From: Phoronis australis
Lineage: Eukaryota; Animalia; Phoronida
DNA length: 64,000 nt
Assembly (NCBI GenBank): GCA_002633005.1
Contig: NMRA01000030.1
Span: 693,630-757,629, forward strand
Direction: 5' to 3'
In this document: positions 42,201-54,200 of the stretch, in pieces
How the letters are laid out: each line of letters opens with the position of its first letter
Position numbering within the stretch: the first letter of the stretch is position 1
The notes under the pieces: generated by a model
Told to the model about the DNA's origin: nothing
The model's database searches: none
The model's input: the letters and a program-made list of their open reading frames with translations, nothing else
Made by a program: the position numbers and the translations under genes

Positions 42201-45200
42201 GGCTGGTCTTTTCCTAAAATATAAGCCATGCAAGTCTTTGCAATAATTAAACTGCAATATTGGAACATAAGAAATTGGAAATAAACTAGCGAAAATGTTT
42301 AGAGGGTTTTCAAACCATGTCAACAGAAAAGCAGCTTCTCACAACTAATTGCATTGAGGATTTGAATTGAACTTAGTTAAGTGTAGTAAATGTTGTTCCA
42401 TTTAATTTGGTAGTAGTGGAAAATCAAATTAGAAATGATACCTATAGGTAGAAGAATGCGTTTCCCTATAGTTTGAAGACGCAGTTTTTCAGAAATATCT
42501 TCTCTGGGGAACACTCAAAACACATTTCATTAATTCTCATAAAAAGTCACTCAAATGCACATACAACTAAAAACAGACAGTTACTGAATGCTTAACAACA
42601 GATAGCCATCCATTAACACTCTCCAACAATAGCTTCAACTTTGAAGCTGATGTGAAATACGCATGTAACCTTTTAACATCAGATGGCGATTTAAAACATG
42701 ATTTACAGAACTTTCTATATTCAGCCCGAGATAAACATGATTTACAGATGTAACTTTCTATATTCAGCTAGAGATACACGTGACTTACGGATGTAACCTT
42801 CCATATTCTGCTGGAGATAAGATGTAACTTTCTATATTCTGCAGGAGATAAGATATGTAACTTTCTATATTAAGCTTCAGATAAACATAACTTACGGATG
42901 TAACCTTCTATATTCAGCTGGAGATAATTTCTGCTCTGGAACCTTTATGCCATCATCATTTTCTGAAATGAAAACGCACAAACGCTCATTTTAACTCTAC
43001 AAAAGAAACACTTTTAGCATGATGCGTACTCTAGTAGACACCTAAGTCTTGTAATTTGGTAGATTTCTGGACACGACCACAATTGGCTTTGCTTTGACAG
43101 AGCCTGGTAATGTGATCCTCATCCTATCAGGTTTATTTAGATTGGTCATTTAGGTATTATTAAATGGGAATGCAGCACATCATAAAAGAGGAGTCACGCT
43201 CGACCTCATGTCAGTTTAATTATGCAACACGAGTCAACTTCGAAGCTCACTGACTTCTATAAAACCTGGCAGCTTGTGCAGTACCAGGGCCTTTCACTCA
43301 GTTTTGCCCATGATAGTTTAGACCTCTATCATTCCGGTTCCACCCTAAAATTGCCCCAGTTTCTTCCATCCCCATGAGCTAATGATGGGCACCAAGAAAA
43401 GAATATAATAAACTTATTACAATCACAATGCTGTGACAACTGAGTATACCACTGTTATGGACGTTGACTGCCTGTAAGTGACTAATAAATGCATGTGCTT
43501 TACACCAATTACCCGAAGTTTTAAACATCATCCGTGTTTGAATAGGCTCAAAAAGTGACTCGGAGGCAACCATGGTACACAAACATGCAGAAATTATGTT
43601 AAACAATTATGACCCGTTTAACTCTAATGAGTTTTCAGCTAATGAAAATTGTCTTGGTTTGTCCACCCCAAATTGCTCATCTTGGAAGGTCCTATGAAGC
43701 TATTTGTTTGTTTTATGGGTCTCACAATCAAGTATTAGAGTAGCTAAGAATAAACGCAGCAACAGTAGTCAGTCACAGGTAACCACCATGTGTTTATATC
43801 AGACTTTGTAAGTTTACTCGAAGCTTACCATACAATTAGTAAATTGTCTAACCCATTTTCAAGTACAGAGATTACAACCTGGGCCATAATCACGCAATGA
43901 GATGACTAGTGATTTACTGTTGCAGTCAATGAATTAATTTTTGGAAAGCGCATAAAACTATGCCAGCATTTATAAAATTCCACAGCCACTGTTACCATGG
44001 TTCCAGAGTTATTAAGAAAATATGGCTGACAGCAAAACTGGTGAGAATACAATAAATATGTCATCAGTATATACACACAGGGGGTACTACCAACTAAAGG
44101 ATGGAAGTCTCAGACTATGGCACACAAACCTGGGGGTGCATTCTTCACTCTTATTGCTGGATTAAATGTGTCTGACCGTAGAATTCTGAAAATAGAAACA
44201 ATGACAGACTATAATTATACAAGCTTGGCAGTCATTTAACTGAAATGAACAAAGTTGATAAATGCAATTATAAAACAAATGTTAGAAAACAAGGCCTGAA
44301 TGGTATTCTGAATTAAAGTATGTTTTTAGCTTGACAACATACTGGAAGAATTTGATCAGTAGTTATTATTGAGTGGAGACTTAAAAGTATTACTCTCTCA
44401 CCTCTAAGTACAGTGGGTAATAGTGTTATATTACAATTCAAAAATGTCTGTGAATTCACCTGAGAAATTGTTTGTTAAATTACCTAAATATTCGATCCAA
44501 TGCTAAAGTGAAAACTGAGTAAAAATTAGTGTGGAAAGGTTTGGCGTTTATTCGGCATGATTTTCCGAATAAACGCACATGGGTGTTTCATCGGGTGGGC
44601 TTATCTACGGAAAACCCCAGTATTAATCAGTATCAATAACATGACCACATATCATTTGATATAAATGTTCAAGATAAAATCTCAAAAACACCAATACAGT
44701 TTTATTAATTTTTGTTTTGTTTTATACAACTTTAAAAGTTTGTCATCAAAATAATATAAGTCTTATTTTCATAGCCCCTCATGCAAATGTGGAACATTTA
44801 GCTGTCTTACAACATCTCTTGTGGTGCTTTTTTATTGCCCATCTTACCAGAGATTACCAATTTTATGTTATTAACCTGTATTCATTATATTCTAATTGTA
44901 TAAGTCATAATAAATGACAAGTTATATCGCCTCCCTCAGTCTCCTTTTCATCTATGGTAATGAGCTTGCGACGCACGTATCATTTATCTAATATTCGGGA
45001 CATATTTCGATCATAAATACAGTTAGTTGTTTTGGCTGTACCTAAAATTATTAAAGCTAGTGTGTCAGGTTAGGGCAACAGAAAGTTCCTACCACACACA
45101 ATGTCTTACCTTCCTAATTCCTTTTTGATGACCTCAAACTCTCGTCGGCGGAATGAAATCCAGATGAAGTAAGAGCAATAGGAGTAGAGGGACTCGTACA

Positions 45201-48200
45201 TGCTTCTATCTTGATATGTGGCTGATACACGTGATCTGTGGAGAGATAGGCAGACTCATTATATGTTTCTATCTTGATATGGGGCTGATATACCTGACGT
45301 ATGGAGAGTGAATCTTGCATCTGTAGAGTAATGTTTTGTGGATAAACAACAATCATATTCTGATAGAAATATAAATGACAGCACTGCTTTCAGTTAATAT
45401 AAATATGGAATTCTTATACCAGTGTGGAAATGTATATCACAAACATTTTTTTGTCTGAGCAGTACGCTACCACATGTGTGGTCAGTAAGCCACCTGTGGT
45501 CACATCATGTGACCTAATCAATATAAGTCTGAAAAACTTTCTGTCCTTACCAGGTTCTACCGTCGATGATTTCAGTAATGAAATTTGGTTAGCACTTAAT
45601 GAAAAAATGACTTTCAGTTAGTTCAAATATTCAAGTCTATTTCACATCATATAAATGAATGTCTTCCTAAAAAGCACACTACCACACTATGGCCACTTGT
45701 GTAAGATGCCACACACTTGGCCTCCTATTAGAATATGAATGCTCATCTGTGGAAATAATCCTCCAATATACCAGCACAAGCACACAGTAATCCTTCCTTA
45801 AGACGGAGTCACCCCCCACTTACAGCTAATACGCCACGTGATGTTGCTACAGCAACCCTAGACCTAACAAATTGGCATGCAGTAACCCTACAGACTGAGT
45901 CACCCCCCCACTTACAGTCCACATGCCATGTGATGTTGCTCCACCATCCCTAGACCCAACACAAGCACGCAGTAACCCTGACCAAGCAGTTTCTGTGCTG
46001 CCGCCATCTTCACACACGTATCCTCATATATCTTCTTCTCTCTCGCACTTGGCTCACTAGAAGATACCAGTAAATCAACATGCGCAGTCCATTTCAAAGA
46101 CATCAAACTTAACATGATTAGACTCCAAGGATAGAACTAATAGTGACTACGCAGAGTGAATATGAAGGATTTCTGAAAGGATGGACAATCCAAAAACTTA
46201 CAAGTTCAAGAGAATGAGTGCCTGACCAGCAATGTAGATTTTTTTCCAAAATACTTACTATACACGAGTGTAAACACAGACTATTTGGAGTGTGCACACC
46301 TGATTGACTCCTTAGTAGAAGGTTGAAAACAGAATCTACCTGACCAAGTATTTGGGAACTGTGAACTGAACAGGTAAGGTGGTAGTGACATGAACGTCTG
46401 GCAGAGACAAAAATAAATGTTTATGCCATGCAATGTAAAATACGGTTGCTGGGACCATAGACATGTTGATAAGTCATTTATTTCACATGTACGTACTTAC
46501 ATGTTCATGGGATTAGGTTTAAGGTCAAGGGTTCTCTTCTCAAAGAACCAGTAGAAGTATATGAGAAGGTAAATCAAGAACTCATCAAACTGCTCTCGTC
46601 TGAAATAAAATGTTAGATAACTTTTTAAGAGAATGGATCTAGAATTTAGAAAGCATCTATAGTGCTACGCACCTCATAACCAGCAATTAAATTTGTGTAA
46701 AACATCAGACACATAATCAAGACAGTCAGCTGGAGTTTAATCACAGTTTAAAGATCAATGATTTTTCATCTTTGTTTTGACGTGGTCTAGGACACAATGG
46801 GTGCATCTGAAATTGATTGATTTGTTTGGACAGTTGTCTTCATGATGTGGCTTTAAAGGTAAGGGTCCAGTACTTTGCCCTTGGGTAAGACTCAAAACAC
46901 GTTCCTAAAAATCACCAAAAGCACATTCTGCCCACCAGGTGACAATATCACATTCTGCCCACTAGGTGGTACTATCAGTATCAGACATGCTTGTTTTTAT
47001 CGTAATGAGAACATGACCCCACGCACATTATCTCACAATGTTTACTTAAGAGCTAAGTGTCTGGTAGTGATGTCACACAATGTTTACTTAAGAGGTATGT
47101 GTCTGGTAGTGATGTCACACAATGTTTACTTAGAGCTATGTGTCTGGTAGTGATGTCACACAATGTTTACTTAGAGCTATGTGTCTGGTAGTGATGTCAC
47201 ACAATGTTTACTTAGGGCTATGTGTCTGCTAGTGATGTCACACAATGTTTACTTAGGAGCTACTTGTCTGGTAGTGATGTCACACTGCGGGAGTATACAC
47301 AGCATCTATATCAACAATTTTGGCTAATTACAATTTATCATAAATGGCTTTTCAATATGAACACATATCAATCATTTCTATGGACTCATATGAATGGTAT
47401 ATGATATGAATGGTGATGAGACCGATATCAGACTGATAATTATCTATCATCAGTCTGATATCAATTGATATTTATCGTAATCTATTTTGCCCGGGGTACG
47501 CCAAGAGCAATGTTGCAGAGTAAAACAAAGAGGTGGATTGCGAATAATGTCATTTATTATGACGTAAATAGATAAAACTAAATAAGACTCTGCAAGATGG
47601 GCATGGAAAAAACGTCCACCAGCGTGTACAATGAATAGCCCTGAAAGAGGGAACCAAAACAAAAGAACTGCCTGAAGGGCCTAAAGGAAAAGTACAGAAC
47701 ATGAACAAAAAACTTGAAAACACCTAACAGGAAATGTATATGAGCAAAAGAAAAAAGTGGAACCAACACCCGGGATGGGGGGTGGGAAAAAAAGATGCAG
47801 AGAACGAACGTAGGTCTTGTAGACGATGAGGTAGGTGGCTGAATGAGCTAGACCACGTTGAACTGAACAAAGGAAATATGGGCGACCAATCAGTCGCATA
47901 GAGAAATGTATGAATACAAAAGTAGGCCCTTGAGGCTATAAATAGAGATGAGTAATGAAAAATAAAGCCTAAAGGTTGATATCAAAATAAAGAGACAAAT
48001 GTCAAAATAATGACGATAAATGCATTTAACAAGTTAAATTTAATTTATCGTAATCTATTTTGCCCGGGGTACACCACGAGCTATGTTGCAGAGTAAAACA
48101 AGAGGAGGATTGCGAATAATGTCATTTATTATGACGTAAATAGATAAAACTAAATAAGACTCTGCAAGGTGGGCATGGAAAAAAACGCCAAAATAGGGGT

Positions 48201-51200
48201 ATATTTATAAAATCTGTCTGTTGTTACTCTGACTGGCAAAAAGGTAACAGTCACTTGGAGAGGACCCACATTTTGAGAACCACTTTTCTCCACTGAGTAA
48301 CGGGCATCAAACTGGTTCTCAAAATCTAGGACTCCTGTAAGTGACTATTGCTCACAAAAATGTTTTTCATTTATATAATTAGCCAAATCATACCACAAGA
48401 GCGTTTAACCATGGGAGTATATTTTCAAAGAGGTTTATAATAGAAATAGCTATTAAAGCCAGTTTAACTCATTTTAGCATAAATTACAAATGCAGCATGT
48501 GTTTGAAACATAGTGTACCTGTAAATACCACTTTCAAAGTGTGGAGAGATTTGCTGGACATCATAAACCATATCCCAGGCAACTTCTGAAAAGTCATAAG
48601 ATTAATGCATCACAATTACAGTATGACTAAATGTATAGAATATTGATTTCTTATAATTTCAGCAATTCAATCAAGGCCTGCAGACCTGACTATGTATTCC
48701 CAAACAGAGCTGTGTTCTACATCAGGGTTCAGGTAGTAAACTAGTATACCAATTCATGTGATGTAGAAGTTCTTCTGTATATACTTTTAATTTCATTAAC
48801 AATTAAACTATACTATTTGTCATATACCAATGGAAGTCCTAGTTTAGAAGTGATTTCACCAGCAATTCTCAGCCAAGTAGGTCATTGCTCTGGCACTGTT
48901 CAAGCTAAGTTCTAGGAACTAGGTTGTTGCTCAAGCACTAAGGTTCAAGCTAAGTTCTAGGAACTAAGTCGTTGCTCCGGTGTTGTTCAAGCTAAGTTCT
49001 AAGAACTAAGACATTGCTCCCGCATTGTTCAAGCATAATTAAGTTCTAAGAACTAGGTCATTGCTTCAGCACTGTTCAAGTCCGCCAGTGTCCAGAGACT
49101 TCACTGGATACCTATAACTTACTTAATGCTAACTGTGTTCAAATTTCAGGATATTATTTCTCCACTTTGTTACTGTTTGTCACTAACCACTGACAAGACT
49201 GAATAATTCTCCTATAATGGCTGTCAGTTTTTGCCCAGGGTCTTTACCTGACTGAGGCAAAATTTTAAGTTCAATATTTTCACCAATTGTCAGAATATCT
49301 TTAATGTATAATAATTTTACTTAATTATATTGATATTGCATGTCTGCTGTTATGTATATGTTCACCCAAATCTTACTCCTGTTAAACACTGACTTAGCGC
49401 AGCCGAATAAACAGCTTCGTTATTCAATCATTACTGAATGAATCTCACTCCTGACTTTGCGGTAAATCTTAAATGGTGGAGAGACACTTGGTTCAAGATT
49501 GTGCCAACTGCAAATTTTTATATATTTATCACCTACAGTTTTCATTACGATGACATTGTATGTACTGGTGGCTTCTTTATTTTAACACCCTAAACTGAAA
49601 CATGCTGAAATCACTTGCAACTAGGTCTTTAAAGCTACACTGATTAATTAATGTGAACTAAAAATATGGTAATAAAATCAGGTATATAAGTGTCATTGCC
49701 ATAATAGCATAAGTTTAAACATTCACTTGGATTGAGACATAACTTGTATTTAAATTGAAGCAGTCAAATTTCGGAAGGGCATGTCAGCTGCAGGACATTT
49801 ATAATTATTATTAGAAACCTTGGTCAGCCCCTTAACTTTCCCGTGATTTTTGTTGTTGTGAATTTCTTTGTGGCAAAGAAATAAAGCCCTATCATGGTAA
49901 GGAACAACTTGAGAAATCAATTCTGGAGTTCTAAGTGGACAAGCCTCTGTTTTATTTTTCAGACAAATGGAAATGCAGTTTTAACCTACATCACAGCACA
50001 GGCGTCCTCAGCTTCTAATCGTCCCCTATACACTACATATAATACTACAAGGTAGGACACTCTCGACTAGAAATTCCACGGGTGCTTCACTTCACCCGTC
50101 CATAGCAAACATAAAACTCAATAAATTTACACAAAACAGGGGTTCAACAAACCATGAAGAATTGTTCTTTCTCCCAATACCATTCACGGTGTCCTGTTCC
50201 GGCGACTTCGTAAGAAATTCGCAGTCAAAGAACAAAAATGTTCACAAAAAACCCCCGCGCACGTCCATCGGTTGCCGCTCGAGGTCAAGGACGGTACGAA
50301 AATTGCCGGTGAGTTACGGAAGTACCGACATCGTGACTTTACGCGACCGATGTCGGTACTTCCGTAACTCACCGGCAATTTCCGTACCGTCCTTGACCTC
50401 GAGCGGCAACCGATGGACGTGCGCGGGGGTTTTTTGTGAACATTTTTGTTCTTTGACTGCGAATTTCTTACGAAGTCGCCGGAACAGGACACCGTGAATG
50501 GTATTGGGAGAAAGAACAATTCTTCATGGTTTGTTGAACCCCTGTTTTGTGTAAATTTATTGAGTTTTATGTTTGCTATGGACGGGTGAAGTGAAGCACC
50601 CGTGGAATTTCTAGTCGAGAGTGTCCTACCTTGTAGTATTATATGTAGTGTATTGGGGACGATCAGAAGCTGAGGACGCCTGTGCATCACAGTAGTCAAA
50701 GGCAGTCAAAGATAGGTCTTAACCTACATCACAATACACGAAGGAAGTCAAAGATAGGTCTTAATCTACACCACAGTAGTTGGCGGTCAAAGATAGGTCT
50801 TAACCTACATGACAGTAGTTGGCGGTCTTACGTTTCACATCTTCTAGAAGAACATTCTGATGTTCCGCAGATCCCTTTATCTGTTTGCGTATGACAGGTG
50901 ACTTTGTTGGATGACTTTTGCCAACACCATACTGTCTGTTGGTCAGTCCACTCTGGGCTCTGCAAAAACGCAACATCCACGTCAAACTAAATGTATATTA
51001 ATTTATGTTGGAATCAAAGACCACTAAAATGAAGATTCAAGATGTAACATTATTACCTTCAGATGATCAGTACTTACCATGTTGAAATAAAGACTATTTC
51101 CTCATGGAAATTAGCAAGATAAATATTTACTGATCAAGTATGAACAATGTAATCGATTTCATCATCTTAAACTCAGGTTTAATCTAATCTCAAGCTGGCT

Positions 51201-54200
51201 TGCTTACCTTTGACAAAACAGACATTCTTGGGCAACACATGCAGTGTGATCTATAATTTGACAAAAACTGAAAGAATATGTTACACACCAACTCAAAAAT
51301 GCAATGTAGACCTTTCTCGGGATATACGTTAAACACTAACTTACAAATGCGATGTAAACCTGTTCTCAGTGTACACATTACACACCAACTTACATATAAC
51401 GTAACAAGTATACCTGTTATCTTGCATTTTTCTCTGTGCTCCCTTTCCTTGTTTCTTTGACCTTGGATCCCTTGGATCCAGCGTTGAACTAAGAAAAAAA
51501 CAGAATAACATTAAAATTACCATAATGACTTTCGTTAGACTATTAAAGTCTTTATGTTCATTGGTCTAGTAACCAGTGGCATAAGTGAACTTTGGTTTCA
51601 AACTTGGTCCACACACATTTGAATTAAAAGTGGGTTTGAATATTCACCTCACAAAAGCTGTGTTATTTTCAAGCAACATGTTCATTTTCAATTAATTATC
51701 TTAAAAGAACAAAAGATTGAAAAAAAATCAGTTTGCATTGTTCCTTTTTGATTACATTGTCTAAATTAACGCACATTTGTCTACATTCACACTCATAAAT
51801 ATGACAATGTCCGAGTAGTAGCAATATGCCATTTAAGGCACATCTACAGCATAGTTATCTGTTAATGCAAAAGCGATGATTTCTCATAGCCAATACATTT
51901 AAATGAAGTCATGTAGCCACCCACCTGACATATTCCAGGGTTCCGTAGCCTTCTGTGTCACCGTCCTTCCAGATCCACTTGCCATTGTGAGGGACAAGCG
52001 ACTGAAATGAACCCAGACCACATACTATATAAGCTGACCCAGAAAACACACTGTGTAAATCAGCCCAGACAATATAATGTATAAATCAACCCAGACCATT
52101 TACAGTATAAATCAACCCAAACCACATTCTGTGTAAATCAACCCAGACCACATACTGTGTAACATTAGTAACTTATAACTGAGAACAATAAATTCTGCAA
52201 AGTTTGTTATTTTACTAACTTTGTCTATATGTTTTGAATTAAACTAAAAACAATTATGATATGAACACTGAGAGTTGGTCTGGCAGTGGTGGATCCAGAA
52301 CACAAAGAGAGCGTTGTGGAGGATGAAATTCAAAGATATTGGTAAGTGTTGCTGATAGCAAATTCCAGGATGCTAAGGTGTTGCTGAGATATGTGCCCAG
52401 GGGGCACGCGTGTTCCTCGAAAGGGGAAGGAGTTTCAGTTGTATCCTGTGACTTCCAGGCTTGGCAGTCCAAGGAAAACCTCCCCAAGTGGCTTGCCAAG
52501 CAGCAATTGGCTCCTAATTGAATGATTTGGTTGCTCGTCTCTCACGTGGGGAAGCCCAGTTCAAGTCACAGAATCAACAGTCTTTCAACACACTGCCACG
52601 CGGAGCTGAGGCTTCAATGAATATCCAACTGTCAGAAAACCCAAAAGTCAACTTTCATTTGAATACGGAACAAGTTGAGACCAATTTTATAGCAAGAGGT
52701 CACTTCTAACAGGTTTATAAACCCTTTAAATGTCAAGTTGTAAATATAGAGACCAAGAACATTCTACTAAGTGACAAAGTTGACACCTCAGTAATGGTTC
52801 CATGTAGTTTTCAGCATAGTTTCAATCAAACATTATCAGGCTTCCAGGAATAACTTTCAGATTCCAATGAAGTTACTAATCAGGACTATGAACAAACTGC
52901 CTACAGCTCTAGGCATAAAGTAAGAGAGTGTGGTCACTTAAACCAAGAAGAACAAGAAGCCAAATTCGTAGCTGGGAGAAGGTTGGTGGAGCATTCTTTC
53001 AAATGTCCGTCTCTTTTTCGATGATGCAGTTCTCTATAGACCCATTGTTTACCCCCCACGATTGCCAAAATTGTTCAACAAGTCTTGTAAGACTCCCTAG
53101 CCTCTTGGAAACATTCCTGGAAAATGAACTTCAGTATGTCCAAATGCAATATTCTTCGTATCCACAGAAAACGTTCACCATAATTTACAATTAGTCTTCA
53201 CAACGCTTCAGTCAAATGCATTAATGAAGCCCCATACTTTGGAGTCACTCTCACCAATAATTTATCATGGAACACTCATATAGACACAATAATGCACCTC
53301 TAAGGCAAACAGAACTCATGGCTTCATTAAACGCAATCTCAAATAGGCTCGCCAAAAAACAAAAGCCCTCGCCTACACTTCACTTGTTAGAACGAAACTC
53401 AAATACTCCTCCTCCATCTGGGATAACATGTGGAGAATTTCTCGCTTACACTGGTCACCGCTCTGATTCCCTGAGCCCCAGACAACTTTGATAATGCCTA
53501 TTCAGCCCGCTTTTTGTATTGATGTAGATCTGAGCTAATAAAGTGGAAAGGTAATAGCTAGAACTACTTTCTTAACAATGGTGGCCGTTATTACACCCAA
53601 ATTGTTTTTCTCTGGCATTTGCACAAAGTTAAAGCCTGCAATATGGAGAGCAGCTTTAACTTGGTACATTACAAAAAGACTAAAAAGTTAATTTGCGTTG
53701 ATCTTGACAAAGGGCCACTTCCTAAAGGAACCTTGGTTTTAAATATGCTTCATACCTGTTTTCATTACCTTATTTTAATACTCTCGTCTACTTGTTTTTA
53801 CCGTTTAGGGTTGCTATCTTTTTATTTTGTGTTTAAAGAAAGTATCAAAACAAATAGAAATAGAAATCAGTTAATTGTGAACCCATCCCTAAGTTTTCCA
53901 GATTACAGCTACACCAAACATGTCACAACAAATAAAACTACATAAAATATATACAAAAGAACAAATATGGTGATAGCCAAACTAAAGATTTGGAACCTCT
54001 GAACAATTTTGGTCTAAGTAACTATATAACTATTCTAACTTTTCCTCAGTCACAAAAAATGAAATCACAGCCCTTGCCTAACGACCAACCCCATCCACTG
54101 CTTGCACTCTCTTGTTGACTACAAAGCTAGCCATCTTAGTTGTTTCATTACAACTACAAGCTAACTATTGAAATTGGCGCATTTCCGCGAACAGCAGTTT

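Noticed and set aside
46057-46115. N-terminal part of ORF 45912..46115 as a start
   Set aside because: Intronic: the acceptor at 46057-46058 joins the upstream exon in frame and matches the family sequence.
50162-50699. ORFs of 111 and 171 aa on opposite strands
   Set aside because: They are mirror translations of the palindromic transposon arms, with no protein motifs.
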